NCBI GenBank assembly: GCA_965222375.1
Contig: CBDCTZ010000016.1
Coordinates: forward strand, 3,168,001 to 3,232,000
Source: Polyangiaceae bacterium
Lineage (GTDB): Bacteria > Myxococcota_A > Polyangia > Polyangiales > Polyangiaceae
Length of the DNA stretch: 64,000 nt
Direction: 5' to 3'
The notes beneath the pieces were generated by a model. That model worked only from the letters and a program-made list of their open reading frames with translations, was not told where the DNA came from and did not search any database. Positions 1 through 9,666 of this stretch are shown piece by piece; the first letter of the stretch is position 1, and each line of letters begins with the position of its first letter. Made by a program: the position numbers and the translations under genes.

Positions 1-258
1 CAATCTCCGACGCCGGAACTAGCTCCGGCGCCTGATACCGGCGGATTTGGCGAGGTCCTCGAGGGCATGGTGGTTGGTGCAAACAACCAAATTCGGGCCG
101 CGGAATCCGCCGCGGAGGCATTCGCGGCCGGCCAGCGAGACGACATTCACGGGACCATGCTTGCCCTCAGCAAGGCTGACATCGAACTGCGCGTCGTTGG
201 AACCATGAGGAACAAGATCGTGGACGCATTCTATGAACTTTGGCGCATGCAAGTCTGA
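1..258 (+). CDS. fliE: Flagellar hook-basal body protein FliE (5' end truncated by window edge)
   Basis: Frame open from base 1; C-terminus 'DIHGTMLALSKADIELRVVGTMRNKIVDAFYELWRMQV' matches FliE; lies directly before fliF. Confidence 0.92.
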   Translation, partial: QSPTPELAPAPDTGGFGEVLEGMVVGANNQIRAAESAAEAFAAGQRDDIHGTMLALSKADIELRVVGTMRNKIVDAFYELWRMQV

Positions 259-268
259 TTGAGGAACC

Positions 269-1942
269 ATGCCATCCAAGGTGCAGACCGTTATCGAGCA
301 GCTGAAGACGTTTTGGGCGGGGCTTTCGACCCCCAAGCGTTTGGCGTTGGTGACGCTGACCGTGGGCGCCCTGGTCGCCGTTCTGGCCATCACAACCTTC
401 GGCAGCCGGCCAAATATGGCGTACCTGTACACCGAGCTATCGACGGAAGATGCCGCCTCGATCGTGCAGAAGCTCGACAGCTTGAAGGTGGAGCACGAGC
501 TCGAGAGCGACGGAACCGCGATCAAGGTTCCAGAGGACCGCGTACACGCGCTGCGCCTGGAACTGGCCGCCGCGGGTCTGCCCCGAGGGGCGGGAGTTGG
601 CTTCGAGCTATTCGACAAGTCGCAGATCGGTGCGACCGAGTTCGAGCAGAACGTGAATCTGCGCCGGGCCCTAGAAGGCGAGTTGTCGCGCTCCATCGCT
701 ACGGTGGACGGTGTGCAGCGTGCGCGCGTGCATCTGGTCATGCCGGAGCGCCGGCTGTTCTCTGCCCGAGGCGATGCGGCCAGCGCGTCGGTCGTGCTCA
801 AACTGCGCAATTCCGGGGCATTTGGTAAGCGCGAGGTTGCGGCCGTCGTGCACTTGGTCTCGGCGGCGGTTCCCGGGCTGGGGCGGGACAGGGTCTCCGT
901 CGTCAGCACTGAGGGCTTGACGCTACACCGTCCGGTTTCTGACACCGGTACGGGCGTTGGCGACTTGGCGGACGCTCATACGGAGAACGCTAGGAGCGTG
1001 GCAGCGCAGCTGGAAGCCCACGTTCGAGAACAACTGGAGCGGGTGGTGGGGCCTGGAAACGCCGACGTCCGGACCAGCGTATCCTTGGATCCGCGCTCCA
1101 AGGAGCGCACTGAAGAGCACTACGAGCCCAGCAAGACTGCGCTGCGCAGCGAACACAAAGTAGAGGAGGGTGCAGGTGACCAGGAGGGCGGCGTCGCAGG
1201 GGTGCCCGGGGCGCGCGCCAACTTGCCCGATGCGATACCCGAGGGAGAAACGGCGCCTCCCGAGGAAGCCCTGGCTGGGCCCGCGGCGGGTGGCCCCGGT
1301 GGCGGTCGGCGCAGCCATACACGCAACTGGGAGGTGGACAAGGTCACCGAGAAGACCCTGACTCCCCCCGGCGGAATCGAGCGTCTATCTGTCGCGGTTC
1401 TGCTCAATGGCCGCTACGAGAACAAGGATGGCGCCCAGGTCTACGTGGGTCGCAGCAAGGAGGAGCTCGCGAAGCTCGAGCAAATCGTAAAGAACGCGGT
1501 CGGATTCTCTGCAGCCCGAGGGGACAGCGTCGAGCTGCAGACCCTGGAGTTTGCCCGCCTCGGTGGCGAGGAGCCTACACCCCTGCCGCCGGCACCTTGG
1601 TGGCAGAAGCACTGGAAGATCTTGGCGGCTGCTGCCGGCGCTGCGATGTTGCTGCTGGTGACCATCATCTTGGTTTGGCGACGCAAGCGAGCCAAGAAGA
1701 AGGCTGCCGCGGCGGCCAAGACCAAAGCGCTAGCGCAGAAAGGTGAGCTTCCTGTCGCGGCCTTGGGTCCTGGTGCGGAGCCCAGCGCCGAATTGGAGGC
1801 CGTGGAAGAGCCCGAACTGGACGGCGAAGAACTCAAATCCCGTGCGCTGGAGTTGGCAGCGCATGATCCCGCAACGGCCGCCGTTGTTCTTCGGCGCTGG
1901 CTGAACGCCCCGAACCCGGCCGGAACGCCGGCACGTTCTTAG
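269..1942 (+). CDS. fliF: Flagellar MS-ring protein FliF
   Basis: 557 aa; N-terminal TM, 'GFELFDK..GATEFEQNVNLRRALEGELSRSI', 'ARVHLVMP', 'ASASVVL', C-terminal TM. Confidence 0.97.
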   Translation: MPSKVQTVIEQLKTFWAGLSTPKRLALVTLTVGALVAVLAITTFGSRPNMAYLYTELSTEDAASIVQKLDSLKVEHELESDGTAIKVPEDRVHALRLELAAAGLPRGAGVGFELFDKSQIGATEFEQNVNLRRALEGELSRSIATVDGVQRARVHLVMPERRLFSARGDAASASVVLKLRNSGAFGKREVAAVVHLVSAAVPGLGRDRVSVVSTEGLTLHRPVSDTGTGVGDLADAHTENARSVAAQLEAHVREQLERVVGPGNADVRTSVSLDPRSKERTEEHYEPSKTALRSEHKVEEGAGDQEGGVAGVPGARANLPDAIPEGETAPPEEALAGPAAGGPGGGRRSHTRNWEVDKVTEKTLTPPGGIERLSVAVLLNGRYENKDGAQVYVGRSKEELAKLEQIVKNAVGFSAARGDSVELQTLEFARLGGEEPTPLPPAPWWQKHWKILAAAAGAAMLLLVTIILVWRRKRAKKKAAAAAKTKALAQKGELPVAALGPGAEPSAELEAVEEPELDGEELKSRALELAAHDPATAAVVLRRWLNAPNPAGTPARS

Positions 1943-1949
1943 CATCCAA

Positions 1950-2942
1950 ATGACTCCATCAATGGAGCTCACGGGTGCAGAGAAGGCGGTGCTGATGCTC
2001 TTGTCGCTGGACGAGACGGCCGCGACGCCCATTCTGGCGGAGCTTGATCCGGCCGACGTGCGCCGGTTGCGGGAAGTGGCGTCCATGATGCGCTCCGTGC
2101 CCGTCGTCGCCTTGGACCACGTGTACAAGGAGTTCATCGATACGGCGCAAGAAGCGGTCGCCGTGCCCCGCGGCGGCGTGCGCTACTTGCGTCGTATCGC
2201 CACGAAGGCCTTGGGTGAAGCAAAAACCCAGGAAATTTTCGTGGACGCGCCCCAAAGCGCCATGGAGCGGCTGTCCACCTCGACCCCCCAGGGCATCGCG
2301 GCTGTGCTCGAGGGTGAGCACCCGCAGATCGCGGCGGCAATCCTGTCCCAACTCGACACAGAAAAGGCCGCGGCCGTTCTGGAACAGATGCCCGAGGCGA
2401 CCCGGCCCGTCGTCTTGGAGCGACTCGGTAACATGCGCGACGTTCCAGCAGGTCTGCTGGAAGAAGTGGCGGAAGCACTGGGCGCCGAGCTGCCACCCAC
2501 TATGGCGGAAGCCAGCGTTTCCGTGAACGGTGTAGCCCAATCTGCAGCGTTGGTCCGGCGCATGGGTCGGGAGACCGGCGAGCTACTGCTGACGGTGTTA
2601 CAGGAAGACAACGAGGACTTGGCCGGGGAAATCCGCCGCGCCATGTACTCCTTCGAGGATCTCAGCGTACTCGATGCCCGGGGGATCCGCTCGGTACTCG
2701 AGGCCGTGCCCTCGGAGCGGCTCACGGTTGCCCTCAAGACGGCCAGCGACAGTCTGCGCGAGCACATCTTCAGCGGCATGAGCAAGCGGGCCGGAGATCG
2801 CATCCGCGAAGACATGGAAATCCTGGGCAGCGTCAAACTATCCGATGTCGAAGCCGCCCAAATGGAGATTGTCGAGGTGGCGCTCCGGCTGGAGTCGGAG
2901 GGCGTGATCTCGCTGGAAGGGAACGAGGGCGGTGTCGTCTGA
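1950..2942 (+). CDS. fliG: Flagellar motor switch protein FliG
   Basis: 'LTGAEKAVLMLLSL', EHPQ motif, 'MYSFED', C-terminal 'MSKRAGDRIREDM..LGSVKLSDVEAAQ'. Confidence 0.96.
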   Translation: MTPSMELTGAEKAVLMLLSLDETAATPILAELDPADVRRLREVASMMRSVPVVALDHVYKEFIDTAQEAVAVPRGGVRYLRRIATKALGEAKTQEIFVDAPQSAMERLSTSTPQGIAAVLEGEHPQIAAAILSQLDTEKAAAVLEQMPEATRPVVLERLGNMRDVPAGLLEEVAEALGAELPPTMAEASVSVNGVAQSAALVRRMGRETGELLLTVLQEDNEDLAGEIRRAMYSFEDLSVLDARGIRSVLEAVPSERLTVALKTASDSLREHIFSGMSKRAGDRIREDMEILGSVKLSDVEAAQMEIVEVALRLESEGVISLEGNEGGVV

Positions 2943-3687
2943 GAGCACACCTGTCGCGCGTTTCGCCGATGTTACGCCGAGCAATCGCCGCTGTCCGTCG
3001 TGGATCGCGAAGCAGCACAGTACCGCGGAGGTGCTCGCTCCCAAGGCAGCGCGGTTGCCGCGAGAGTTTGTCGCGGCATTCCAGCAGGAAATCCAATCGG
3101 CATCGGAGGTTCCACCGCCGTCCATGCCTCCACCACCGCCTCCGCTGGCGCCGCCGGAAGAAAAGGAGCCCCCGGAGGTCGAAACGGTTGCCTTGCGCGA
3201 GACAGTCGCGAGCATCTTGCCGCCGGCTCCTGCGCCAGAGGAGGAAGCGGAGCCGGAACAGGATCCTCGACTGGTCGAGGCGCTCATGGGGGCCATCGAG
3301 CAGGTGATGCAGTCTCGCGCCGAGGTGTTGGCGCAAACCGCCAGCCAATTGGCGGAACTTGCGGTGATGATCGCCCGCCGAGTCATCGCCCGTGAGCTGT
3401 CGATTGGTGCAGAAGTCGTGCACAGCCTGGTCGCAGAGGGGTTGGACGCCCTCGGCAACCATGACCGGGTGCTCGTGCGCTTGGGAGGCGGGTTTTCCGA
3501 GCTTCGAGACGACGTTCAGTCACGCCTGCTCAGAAATGGCGCATCCTGTGAGGTCCGTGTGGACACGAGCCTCGCCAAGTGGGGATGCGTTGTGGAGACG
3601 GAGCTCGGCCGCGTCGACGAGTCGGTGGAATCCCGGTTGGCAACGTTGTTGCAGGCATTGAAGCCGGACTCGAACCCACCCACCTGA
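2932..3687 (+). CDS. fliH: Flagellar assembly protein FliH
   Basis: Between fliG and fliI; C-terminal 'LAVMIARRVIAREL...GCVVETELGRVDESVESRL'; Pro-rich N-terminal half. Confidence 0.85.
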   Translation: MSSESTPVARFADVTPSNRRCPSWIAKQHSTAEVLAPKAARLPREFVAAFQQEIQSASEVPPPSMPPPPPPLAPPEEKEPPEVETVALRETVASILPPAPAPEEEAEPEQDPRLVEALMGAIEQVMQSRAEVLAQTASQLAELAVMIARRVIARELSIGAEVVHSLVAEGLDALGNHDRVLVRLGGGFSELRDDVQSRLLRNGASCEVRVDTSLAKWGCVVETELGRVDESVESRLATLLQALKPDSNPPT

Positions 3688-3702
3688 GGGTTCGACCGAG
3701 CC

Positions 3703-5022
3703 ATGCTAGAGCGACTAATCGAGCGCGCCACCACCGCCCCGGTGCACCGCCCCCACGGCGTCGTGCTGGATGTGGTCGGACTGATCGTCGAAGTGGGCGG
3801 ATTGCGCGCAGCGGTGGGCGACACCCTGGTGGTTCAGGCCGAGGGAGGCCAGCTCGAGCTCGAGGTGGTCGGCTTCAAATCCGGGCGGCTGCTGACGACT
3901 CCCCTGGGGTCGCTCTCGGGTATCCGCCCCGGGGCCAGGGTGAGCCGAACCAACCGCGGTGCCACGGTTCCGGTTGCCCCAGCCCTGCTCGGACGTGTCG
4001 TCGACGCTTTCGGGCGGCCGCTGGATGGGCTGCCGGCCGTGGAGACCGAGCGGGTCTACCCTGTGCACGCCGCGCCCCCACCGCCCTTCGCACGCAAGCC
4101 CATCGCGGATCCCTTCGCCACGGGCATCAGAGCGATTGACGGGCTCCTGCCCTTGGGAGTCGGGCAGCGCATGGGCATCTTCGCTGGCGCTGGCGTCGGC
4201 AAGAGCACCCTTCTGGGCATGATCTGCCGATCTTCTCAGGCGGATGTGAACGTCGTTGCTCTGGTTGGTGAGCGTGGCCGTGAGCTGAACGACTTCATTC
4301 GCAATGCACTCGGCGCGGAGGGCTTGGCCCGGTCCGTCGTCGTGGCCGCGACGAGCGATCAGCCCCCGCTGGTGAGAGCGCGAGGCGCGGAAGCGGCTAC
4401 CGCACTCGCTGAATACTTCCGCAACCAGGGCAAGAGCGTGCTGCTCGTCATGGATTCGGTCACCCGATACGCCATGGCGCTGCGAGAAGCGGCGCTCGCG
4501 GCCGGGGAGCCGCCCGCAACCAAGGGCTACCCCCCCAGCGTGTTCGCGGCGCTTCCGCGACTCTTGGAGCGAGCGGGTACAGGCTCTGGCCCCGGCGTCA
4601 TCACGGCCTTGTACACCGTGCTGGTCGAGGGTGATGACCTGTCCGATCCCGTTGCGGACGCCGTGCGATCCATCCTCGACGGCCACATCGTCCTGTCGCG
4701 AGAATTGGCGGAGCGCGGGCATTTCCCCGCGATCGACGTGCTTTCCAGCGTGTCTCGCCTGGCACCAGACATCGCCGACGCCGGCGACCTGCGGATGGCG
4801 AGTTGGGTGCGGGATCTGATGGGCGCTCACCGAGAGGTAGCCGATCTGATTCAGGTCGGGGCGTACGTCGCGGGCAGCGATCCCCGGGTCGAAACCGCAC
4901 TGGCTGCGATGCCACAGATCGAGTCGTTCTTGCGTCAGGACGTTCGGGACGCCACTCCAGCGGATGAAAGCCGTGCGCGCTTGGCAGCGCTGACCCGAGC
5001 CATCGAGCGGAGGGGTGGATGA
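3703..5022 (+). CDS. fliI: Flagellar export ATPase FliI
   Basis: Walker A GAGVGKST, 'GERGRE', 'MDSVTRYAMA', 'GEPPATKGYPPS', 'LDGHIVLSR'. Confidence 0.97.
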   Translation: MLERLIERATTAPVHRPHGVVLDVVGLIVEVGGLRAAVGDTLVVQAEGGQLELEVVGFKSGRLLTTPLGSLSGIRPGARVSRTNRGATVPVAPALLGRVVDAFGRPLDGLPAVETERVYPVHAAPPPPFARKPIADPFATGIRAIDGLLPLGVGQRMGIFAGAGVGKSTLLGMICRSSQADVNVVALVGERGRELNDFIRNALGAEGLARSVVVAATSDQPPLVRARGAEAATALAEYFRNQGKSVLLVMDSVTRYAMALREAALAAGEPPATKGYPPSVFAALPRLLERAGTGSGPGVITALYTVLVEGDDLSDPVADAVRSILDGHIVLSRELAERGHFPAIDVLSSVSRLAPDIADAGDLRMASWVRDLMGAHREVADLIQVGAYVAGSDPRVETALAAMPQIESFLRQDVRDATPADESRARLAALTRAIERRGG

Positions 5023-5465
5023 GCGGTCGCTTGGGGCGCCTCAAGAAGCTGCTCGACCTCCGGCAGAAGCAATTGGACGAGTGTGTCGGCGAACTCAAGC
5101 GGTCCCAAGAGCGTGAACTCCACGCTCGAGCGCGAGTGGACGACGAGCAGCAAGAGCTGAACACTGCGCTGACGCGTCGCGCAAATCTGACGACTCAGGC
5201 GGCGAACAACGATTGCTGGGAAAGCGAAAACGACTGGCTCGAACTGCGTGGCATGTACCACCAGGCGGCCGCGGCGGCTCTGGGCAAGGCTGCGCTGGCC
5301 CGTGAGCGCGCTCATGCAGAGGTCATGACCGCTCGCGCACAGCTCAAGAAGATCGAAATCCTCCACGAGCGTTTGCGCCGCGAGCAAAGGCGAGATCAGG
5401 AGCGCCAGGATCGGCGGCTCCATGACGAACTCGCGCAGAAAGCGGCAAGCCGAGGCCCCCGATGA
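5019..5465 (+). CDS. fliJ: Flagellar export chaperone FliJ
   Basis: 148-aa coiled-coil protein overlapping the fliI stop; C-terminal 'QERQDRRLHDELA' is FliJ-like. Confidence 0.82.
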   Translation: MSGRLGRLKKLLDLRQKQLDECVGELKRSQERELHARARVDDEQQELNTALTRRANLTTQAANNDCWESENDWLELRGMYHQAAAAALGKAALARERAHAEVMTARAQLKKIEILHERLRREQRRDQERQDRRLHDELAQKAASRGPR

Positions 5466-6061
5466 GCATCGAGCACCCCTTACCTCCACCCACCCAAGGG
5501 GACATGACCGCCCATGAACTCACCGATCTGCGTCGCCGAGAGCGCGAAGCCGAGCGCTGGGCGCAGGCCTTGGGTGCGTCTTTGGCGTCCGCGGTAGAGC
5601 CGCCCCGGCCGAAACTCGGCCAATCCGCTGCAACGCCGACGGGTTGGCAGGGGAGCGACGGTTCCATGACGCAGTCCAAGGACGTGACGAAAATCGTGTC
5701 GGGCAGGGACAGCGAGAACGAAAACCCCCTCGATCGAATTCGGCTGGATGTTCGAACCGGGGAGTTGGGCGAAGTGGCACTCGTCGTCGACCGCTCGAAA
5801 GCCGGAGTTCGCGTGTTTATCGGCCTGGAACAGGACAAAGCGAAGTCTCTCGTCGAGCCTGAGCGGGCTCTGCTGGAGCAAGCCCTGCGGGCGTCCGGAC
5901 TCAGCGTTCGTTCAGTTGAGGTCGTGCGTTCCAACACACTCGGCACCGTCCTTGCAGAACGGCGAGAGAGGCAGAGGTTTTCCGATGCAAGCGAAACACC
6001 CCAACGACACGATGAGACACGAAAGCGGCGCGACGCGCGGCGCTTGAACTTGATTGGGTAA
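5462..6061 (+). CDS. fliK: Short FliK-like hook-length control protein
   Basis: Occupies the fliK position before flgD; 'IRLDVRTGELGEVALVV...VRVFI...ALLEQALRASGLSVRSVEV' resembles the FliK C-terminal switch domain; only 199 aa. Confidence 0.62.
   Translation: MSIEHPLPPPTQGDMTAHELTDLRRREREAERWAQALGASLASAVEPPRPKLGQSAATPTGWQGSDGSMTQSKDVTKIVSGRDSENENPLDRIRLDVRTGELGEVALVVDRSKAGVRVFIGLEQDKAKSLVEPERALLEQALRASGLSVRSVEVVRSNTLGTVLAERRERQRFSDASETPQRHDETRKRRDARRLNLIG
5940..5956 (+). promoter_or_regulatory. Putative sigma54 (-24/-12) promoter for flgD-flgE, inside the fliK-like gene
   Basis: TCGGCACCGTCCTTGCA has GG-N10-GC spacing; about 110 bp upstream of the flgD ATG. Confidence 0.55.
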
Positions 6062-6065
6062 CGAC

Positions 6066-6740
6066 ATGGTTGATCCAGTGACAGGTCCCGCTTCGACGAC
6101 TTCTTTGAGCTCCAGTCTGACCGGCGGGCAGGCGATGGGGCAGGACGCCTTCTTGAAGTTGCTCGTGGCGCAGTTGAAGCACCAGGACCCTCTGAAGCCT
6201 CAGGACGGCTCCGAGTTCGTTGCAGAACTGGCCCAGTTCTCCTCCCTGGAGCAGACCATGGGCATCAATGAGCGCCTGGACACCTTGGCGCTGCAGAACC
6301 AAGGCCTCGCCAACACCGAAGTGGTGGCTCTGGTGGGCAAGCAGGCAACCGTTCGTGGCAACTTGGTCACCTCCGACGGCACGGGAGTTGGCACTCCCCT
6401 GGCATTCGACCTGGCCAGCGCGGCGAGCGAGGTCACGGTGACGATTCGCAACCAAGCCGGACAGGTCGTGCGTAGTTTCGACGTGGGCGCGAAGAACGCC
6501 GGTACCGTGCAACTGCAATGGGACGGTCGTAACGATGCGGGCATCGTACAGCCCGCTGGTAGCTACAGCGTCGCAGTGACTGCGAAGGACGCCGGAGACA
6601 ACCCGGTGGGGGTCACTCAAGAAACCAAGGGCATCGTGACCGCGGTGTCCTTCGACAAGGGTTATCCGGTCCTGCATCTCGGAAACGGGATCAGTGTGCC
6701 GGTATCCGACCTGCTGCGGGTCGACACAGTAAACAAATAA
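6066..6740 (+). CDS. flgD: Flagellar hook capping protein FlgD
   Basis: 'MGQDAFLKLLVAQLKHQDPLKP..SEFVAELAQFSSLEQ', 'WDGRND.G'; ATG 6066 preferred over TTG 6054. Confidence 0.96.
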   Translation: MVDPVTGPASTTSLSSSLTGGQAMGQDAFLKLLVAQLKHQDPLKPQDGSEFVAELAQFSSLEQTMGINERLDTLALQNQGLANTEVVALVGKQATVRGNLVTSDGTGVGTPLAFDLASAASEVTVTIRNQAGQVVRSFDVGAKNAGTVQLQWDGRNDAGIVQPAGSYSVAVTAKDAGDNPVGVTQETKGIVTAVSFDKGYPVLHLGNGISVPVSDLLRVDTVNK

Positions 6741-6775
6741 CCAAGAGCGAGGAAATGCGAGAGCAGGAGGCCTAA

Positions 6776-8071
6776 ATGGTATTGCGGGCAATGTATTCAG
6801 GAGTTTCAGGCTTGCGCGCGGAAGGCGAAGCGCTCGGTGTGGTTGGTGACAACATCTCCAACGTCAACACCGTGGGTTTCAAGGGCCAGCGCGTGATCTT
6901 TCACGATGTGCTCGGGCACTCGATTCTGGCGGGCAGCGCTTCTGCCCTTCCGGGATCTGGCGTTCGTGTCGGCGGGATTCAACAGCTCTTCACCCAGGGC
7001 TCGTTGGCGAACACCGGCGTCGCTACGGACCTCGCCTTGAACGGCGACGGCTTCTTCGTAGTGGAAGGCTCGGTCGCAGGGGTGTCGGGTAACTTCTACT
7101 CGCGCGCCGGACAATTCGTGATCAACAACGAGGGCTACCTCGTCAACTCGAGTGACCTCAAGGTGCAGGGCTATGCGGCCAACCCGGATGGCACTTTTGC
7201 GGCGAGCATTTCGTCGCTGAAGGTTCCAACCGCGGCGCTGCCACCCAACGCCACCACAGCCGTCGAGATGACTGCGAACCTAGACTCGGCGGCCACCGTG
7301 CCGACGCTGCCCTGGGACGCGCAGGATCCGGCGAACACTTCGAACTTCTCGAGTTCGATTACCGTCTACGACTCTCTCGGCAACTCCCACAGCCTTGACG
7401 TCTACTTCCGAAAGACGGGTGCAAACACCTGGGAGTATCACGCGCTTGCGAATGGCGACGAACTTCAGCCGCCGTCCCCCGGTCTGAACGTGGAAGTTGG
7501 TACCGGCAGTCTCGACTTCACCACTAGTGGTGCGTTGAACACGGTCACCGCTGGCACGCCAATCAGCGTCTCCTTCGATGGAGCGACAGCGGCCCAGGCC
7601 ATCACCCTCGACTTCGGCACGCCGATCGCTGGTGGTGGAACAGGCTTGGACGGCACGACGCAGTTCGCGTCACCCTCCAACATCTCGGCACAGTCCCAGG
7701 ACGGTTACTCGTCCGGAGACTTCGCTGGTGTTGCCGTCGACGGCCAAGGCGTCGTCATGGGTCTGTACACCAATGGTGAGAAGGTTGCCGTCGGTCAGCT
7801 TGGAATCGCAAAGTTCCGAGCCAACGAAGGGCTCGGCCGAGCTGGCCAAGGCCTTTGGATCGAAACCCGGGAGAGCGGCAACGCTGCGATGGGTACAGCC
7901 GCCAGCGGCGGCCGAGCAGCGGTCTCAGCTGGAGCACTCGAGAGCTCGAACGTGGACTTGGCGGAGGAATTCGTCGGGCTGATTCAGCATCAGCGCTCGT
8001 TCTCCGCGAACTCCAAGACCATCACTACCGCTGACGAGATGTTGCAGGAACTCATCAACATCAAGCGGTAA
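6776..8071 (+). CDS. flgE: Flagellar hook protein FlgE
   Basis: 'SGVSGL...GDNISNVNTVGFK', 'DLALNGDGFF', C-terminal 'GALESSNVDLAEEFVGLI..QR.F.ANSKTITTADEMLQELINIKR'. Confidence 0.97.
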   Translation: MVLRAMYSGVSGLRAEGEALGVVGDNISNVNTVGFKGQRVIFHDVLGHSILAGSASALPGSGVRVGGIQQLFTQGSLANTGVATDLALNGDGFFVVEGSVAGVSGNFYSRAGQFVINNEGYLVNSSDLKVQGYAANPDGTFAASISSLKVPTAALPPNATTAVEMTANLDSAATVPTLPWDAQDPANTSNFSSSITVYDSLGNSHSLDVYFRKTGANTWEYHALANGDELQPPSPGLNVEVGTGSLDFTTSGALNTVTAGTPISVSFDGATAAQAITLDFGTPIAGGGTGLDGTTQFASPSNISAQSQDGYSSGDFAGVAVDGQGVVMGLYTNGEKVAVGQLGIAKFRANEGLGRAGQGLWIETRESGNAAMGTAASGGRAAVSAGALESSNVDLAEEFVGLIQHQRSFSANSKTITTADEMLQELINIKR

Positions 8072-8115
8072 TAGACAAACCATACGACCCGCACCACGAG
8101 GCACTTCGTTCTGAA

Positions 8116-8145
8116 GCCGGTCGGGGACGTAAGTCCCCGGCCGGC
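8116..8145 (+). terminator. Strong stem-loop after flgE (terminator or mRNA-stabilising hairpin)
   Basis: GCCGGTCGGGGAC-GTAA-GTCCCCGGCCGGC: 13-bp stem with one G.U pair and a GNRA loop; no U-tract. Confidence 0.6.
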
Positions 8146-8171
8146 GACTCGCGGCCCACGGGAGTAGTCAG

Positions 8172-8660
8172 ATGGCAGAAGACGAACAAGAGACCCAAGA
8201 ACCGCCGAAGAAGAAAGGCAAACTGGTTTTCATCATTGTGGGCGTCGTTGTGGTCCTCGGCGTTGGTGCCGGAGGTGTTTTCTTGGGATCCAAGATCATG
8301 CCGGCCAAGGCAGAGGTCGCAGCGGAACCGGCGCCTTCAGCTCAAGAAGCCCAAATTTCCTCCACAGCCAAGTTTCACCCGATCGTAGTGGACGTGCGCG
8401 GTGAGGAGGGCTCTGTCCACCACATGAAGGTCGTGCTGAGCTTCGAGCTCGCCGACGGTGTCAGCGAAGAGGAGTTCAAGAAGTTCGCGCCGCGCGGCCG
8501 GGAAGCCGCGATCAGTTACCTGCGCGCTCAGACCTTCGAATTCGTGACTGACCCAAAGAATTTCGAGAAAGTGACCACGGAACTTACCAAGCGCGCGACT
8601 GAAGGCATCGGTGCCAAGCGGATTGAGCGCGCCCTGATCACGGACTTCGTGTCCCAGTGA
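8172..8660 (+). CDS. fliL: Flagellar basal body-associated protein FliL
   Basis: 'KKKGKL' plus N-terminal TM; C-terminal 'IERALITDFVSQ'; precedes fliM. Confidence 0.88.
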   Translation: MAEDEQETQEPPKKKGKLVFIIVGVVVVLGVGAGGVFLGSKIMPAKAEVAAEPAPSAQEAQISSTAKFHPIVVDVRGEEGSVHHMKVVLSFELADGVSEEEFKKFAPRGREAAISYLRAQTFEFVTDPKNFEKVTTELTKRATEGIGAKRIERALITDFVSQ

Positions 8661-8661
8661 C

Positions 8662-9648
8662 ATGATCCGGTCTCTCTCTCCAGGTACCTTACCCGGCAGC
8701 GTCGCTCCCGGTGCGCAGCCCGAAGGCCCGGTGGTACCGTCTCATCGTCCCGTCAATCTATCGGAAAGGCCACGCCGGCGTTCGGAGCACGCAGGCCCCA
8801 GGTTACTCGACCTTACCGGCAAAGAGCGCCACTTGCGTGCGGCGTTGCACGCGATGGGGCTGGTGGCGCAGAACTTCTGCAGAGCGGCGCGCCGAACACT
8901 TCCGTTTCTGGTCCGCCGACGGGCGCGTCTGGTGCCCGCTGCAGTGGCCATCAGTGACGCGTTTTCGTATTCCGATACCGCTCCAGAGCTTTCCTTCGAG
9001 GTGCGGCTAGAAGACCACGATAGCCCTGCCTGGGGGCGACTGACCGTGGACCCGCGGGCTCTGGGCTTGCTGTTGGATGGCGCGCTGGGCGGAGATTCCA
9101 GCGACGTTTCGGCCCTGGATGCTGACCTCACGTTGGCGCAAGCGGCGTTGGTCGGGCGCATTGCTCGCTCCTTGGCCGATGATCTTTGCACAGCTGTGGA
9201 AGAGGAAGTCGGCCTCGGCATGAAGGTCGTGTCCTCTCGCTGTCTGCGCGCGGGGGAGCACCTGGATGCCCCGGACACGGACGGGCTCAGTGTCAATTGT
9301 CTGTTCGAGGGCATCGGCGACGGAGCCGCCATTCGCATTGCGGTTAGCGCAGAAGTTCTGGAAGCGGCGGTACGAGAACAGAACGGCGAAGACGAACCCG
9401 TCGCGGGCGACCCACGCATGGCCGACGCAATCCAAGAGGTCCCTCTCGAGGTCGTCGCTGTGCTCGGAACTTTGACACTTGGACTGAGGCAAGTTTTGAC
9501 ACTTCACACCGGTCAGGTGCTTCGGCTGCCCGCCGCAGTGGATGACCCTGTCACGGTGCGAGTGGCTGGTTTGCCGAAGTTTTGGGCCGTTCCGGTGGTG
9601 TCGCGAGGGCAAATTGGCGTGCGGGTGCACGGTCGGCACGAAGAATGA
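8662..9648 (+). CDS. fliM: Divergent FliM (C-terminal SPOA domain)
   Basis: Between fliL and fliN; middle 'LGLLLDGALGG...LTLAQ'; SPOA-like 'VPLEVVAVLGTLTLGLRQVLTLHTGQVLRL'; no LSQxEIDALL peptide. Confidence 0.78.
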   Translation: MIRSLSPGTLPGSVAPGAQPEGPVVPSHRPVNLSERPRRRSEHAGPRLLDLTGKERHLRAALHAMGLVAQNFCRAARRTLPFLVRRRARLVPAAVAISDAFSYSDTAPELSFEVRLEDHDSPAWGRLTVDPRALGLLLDGALGGDSSDVSALDADLTLAQAALVGRIARSLADDLCTAVEEEVGLGMKVVSSRCLRAGEHLDAPDTDGLSVNCLFEGIGDGAAIRIAVSAEVLEAAVREQNGEDEPVAGDPRMADAIQEVPLEVVAVLGTLTLGLRQVLTLHTGQVLRLPAAVDDPVTVRVAGLPKFWAVPVVSRGQIGVRVHGRHEE

Positions 9649-9666
9649 ATGTAGCAGTCGATCAGC

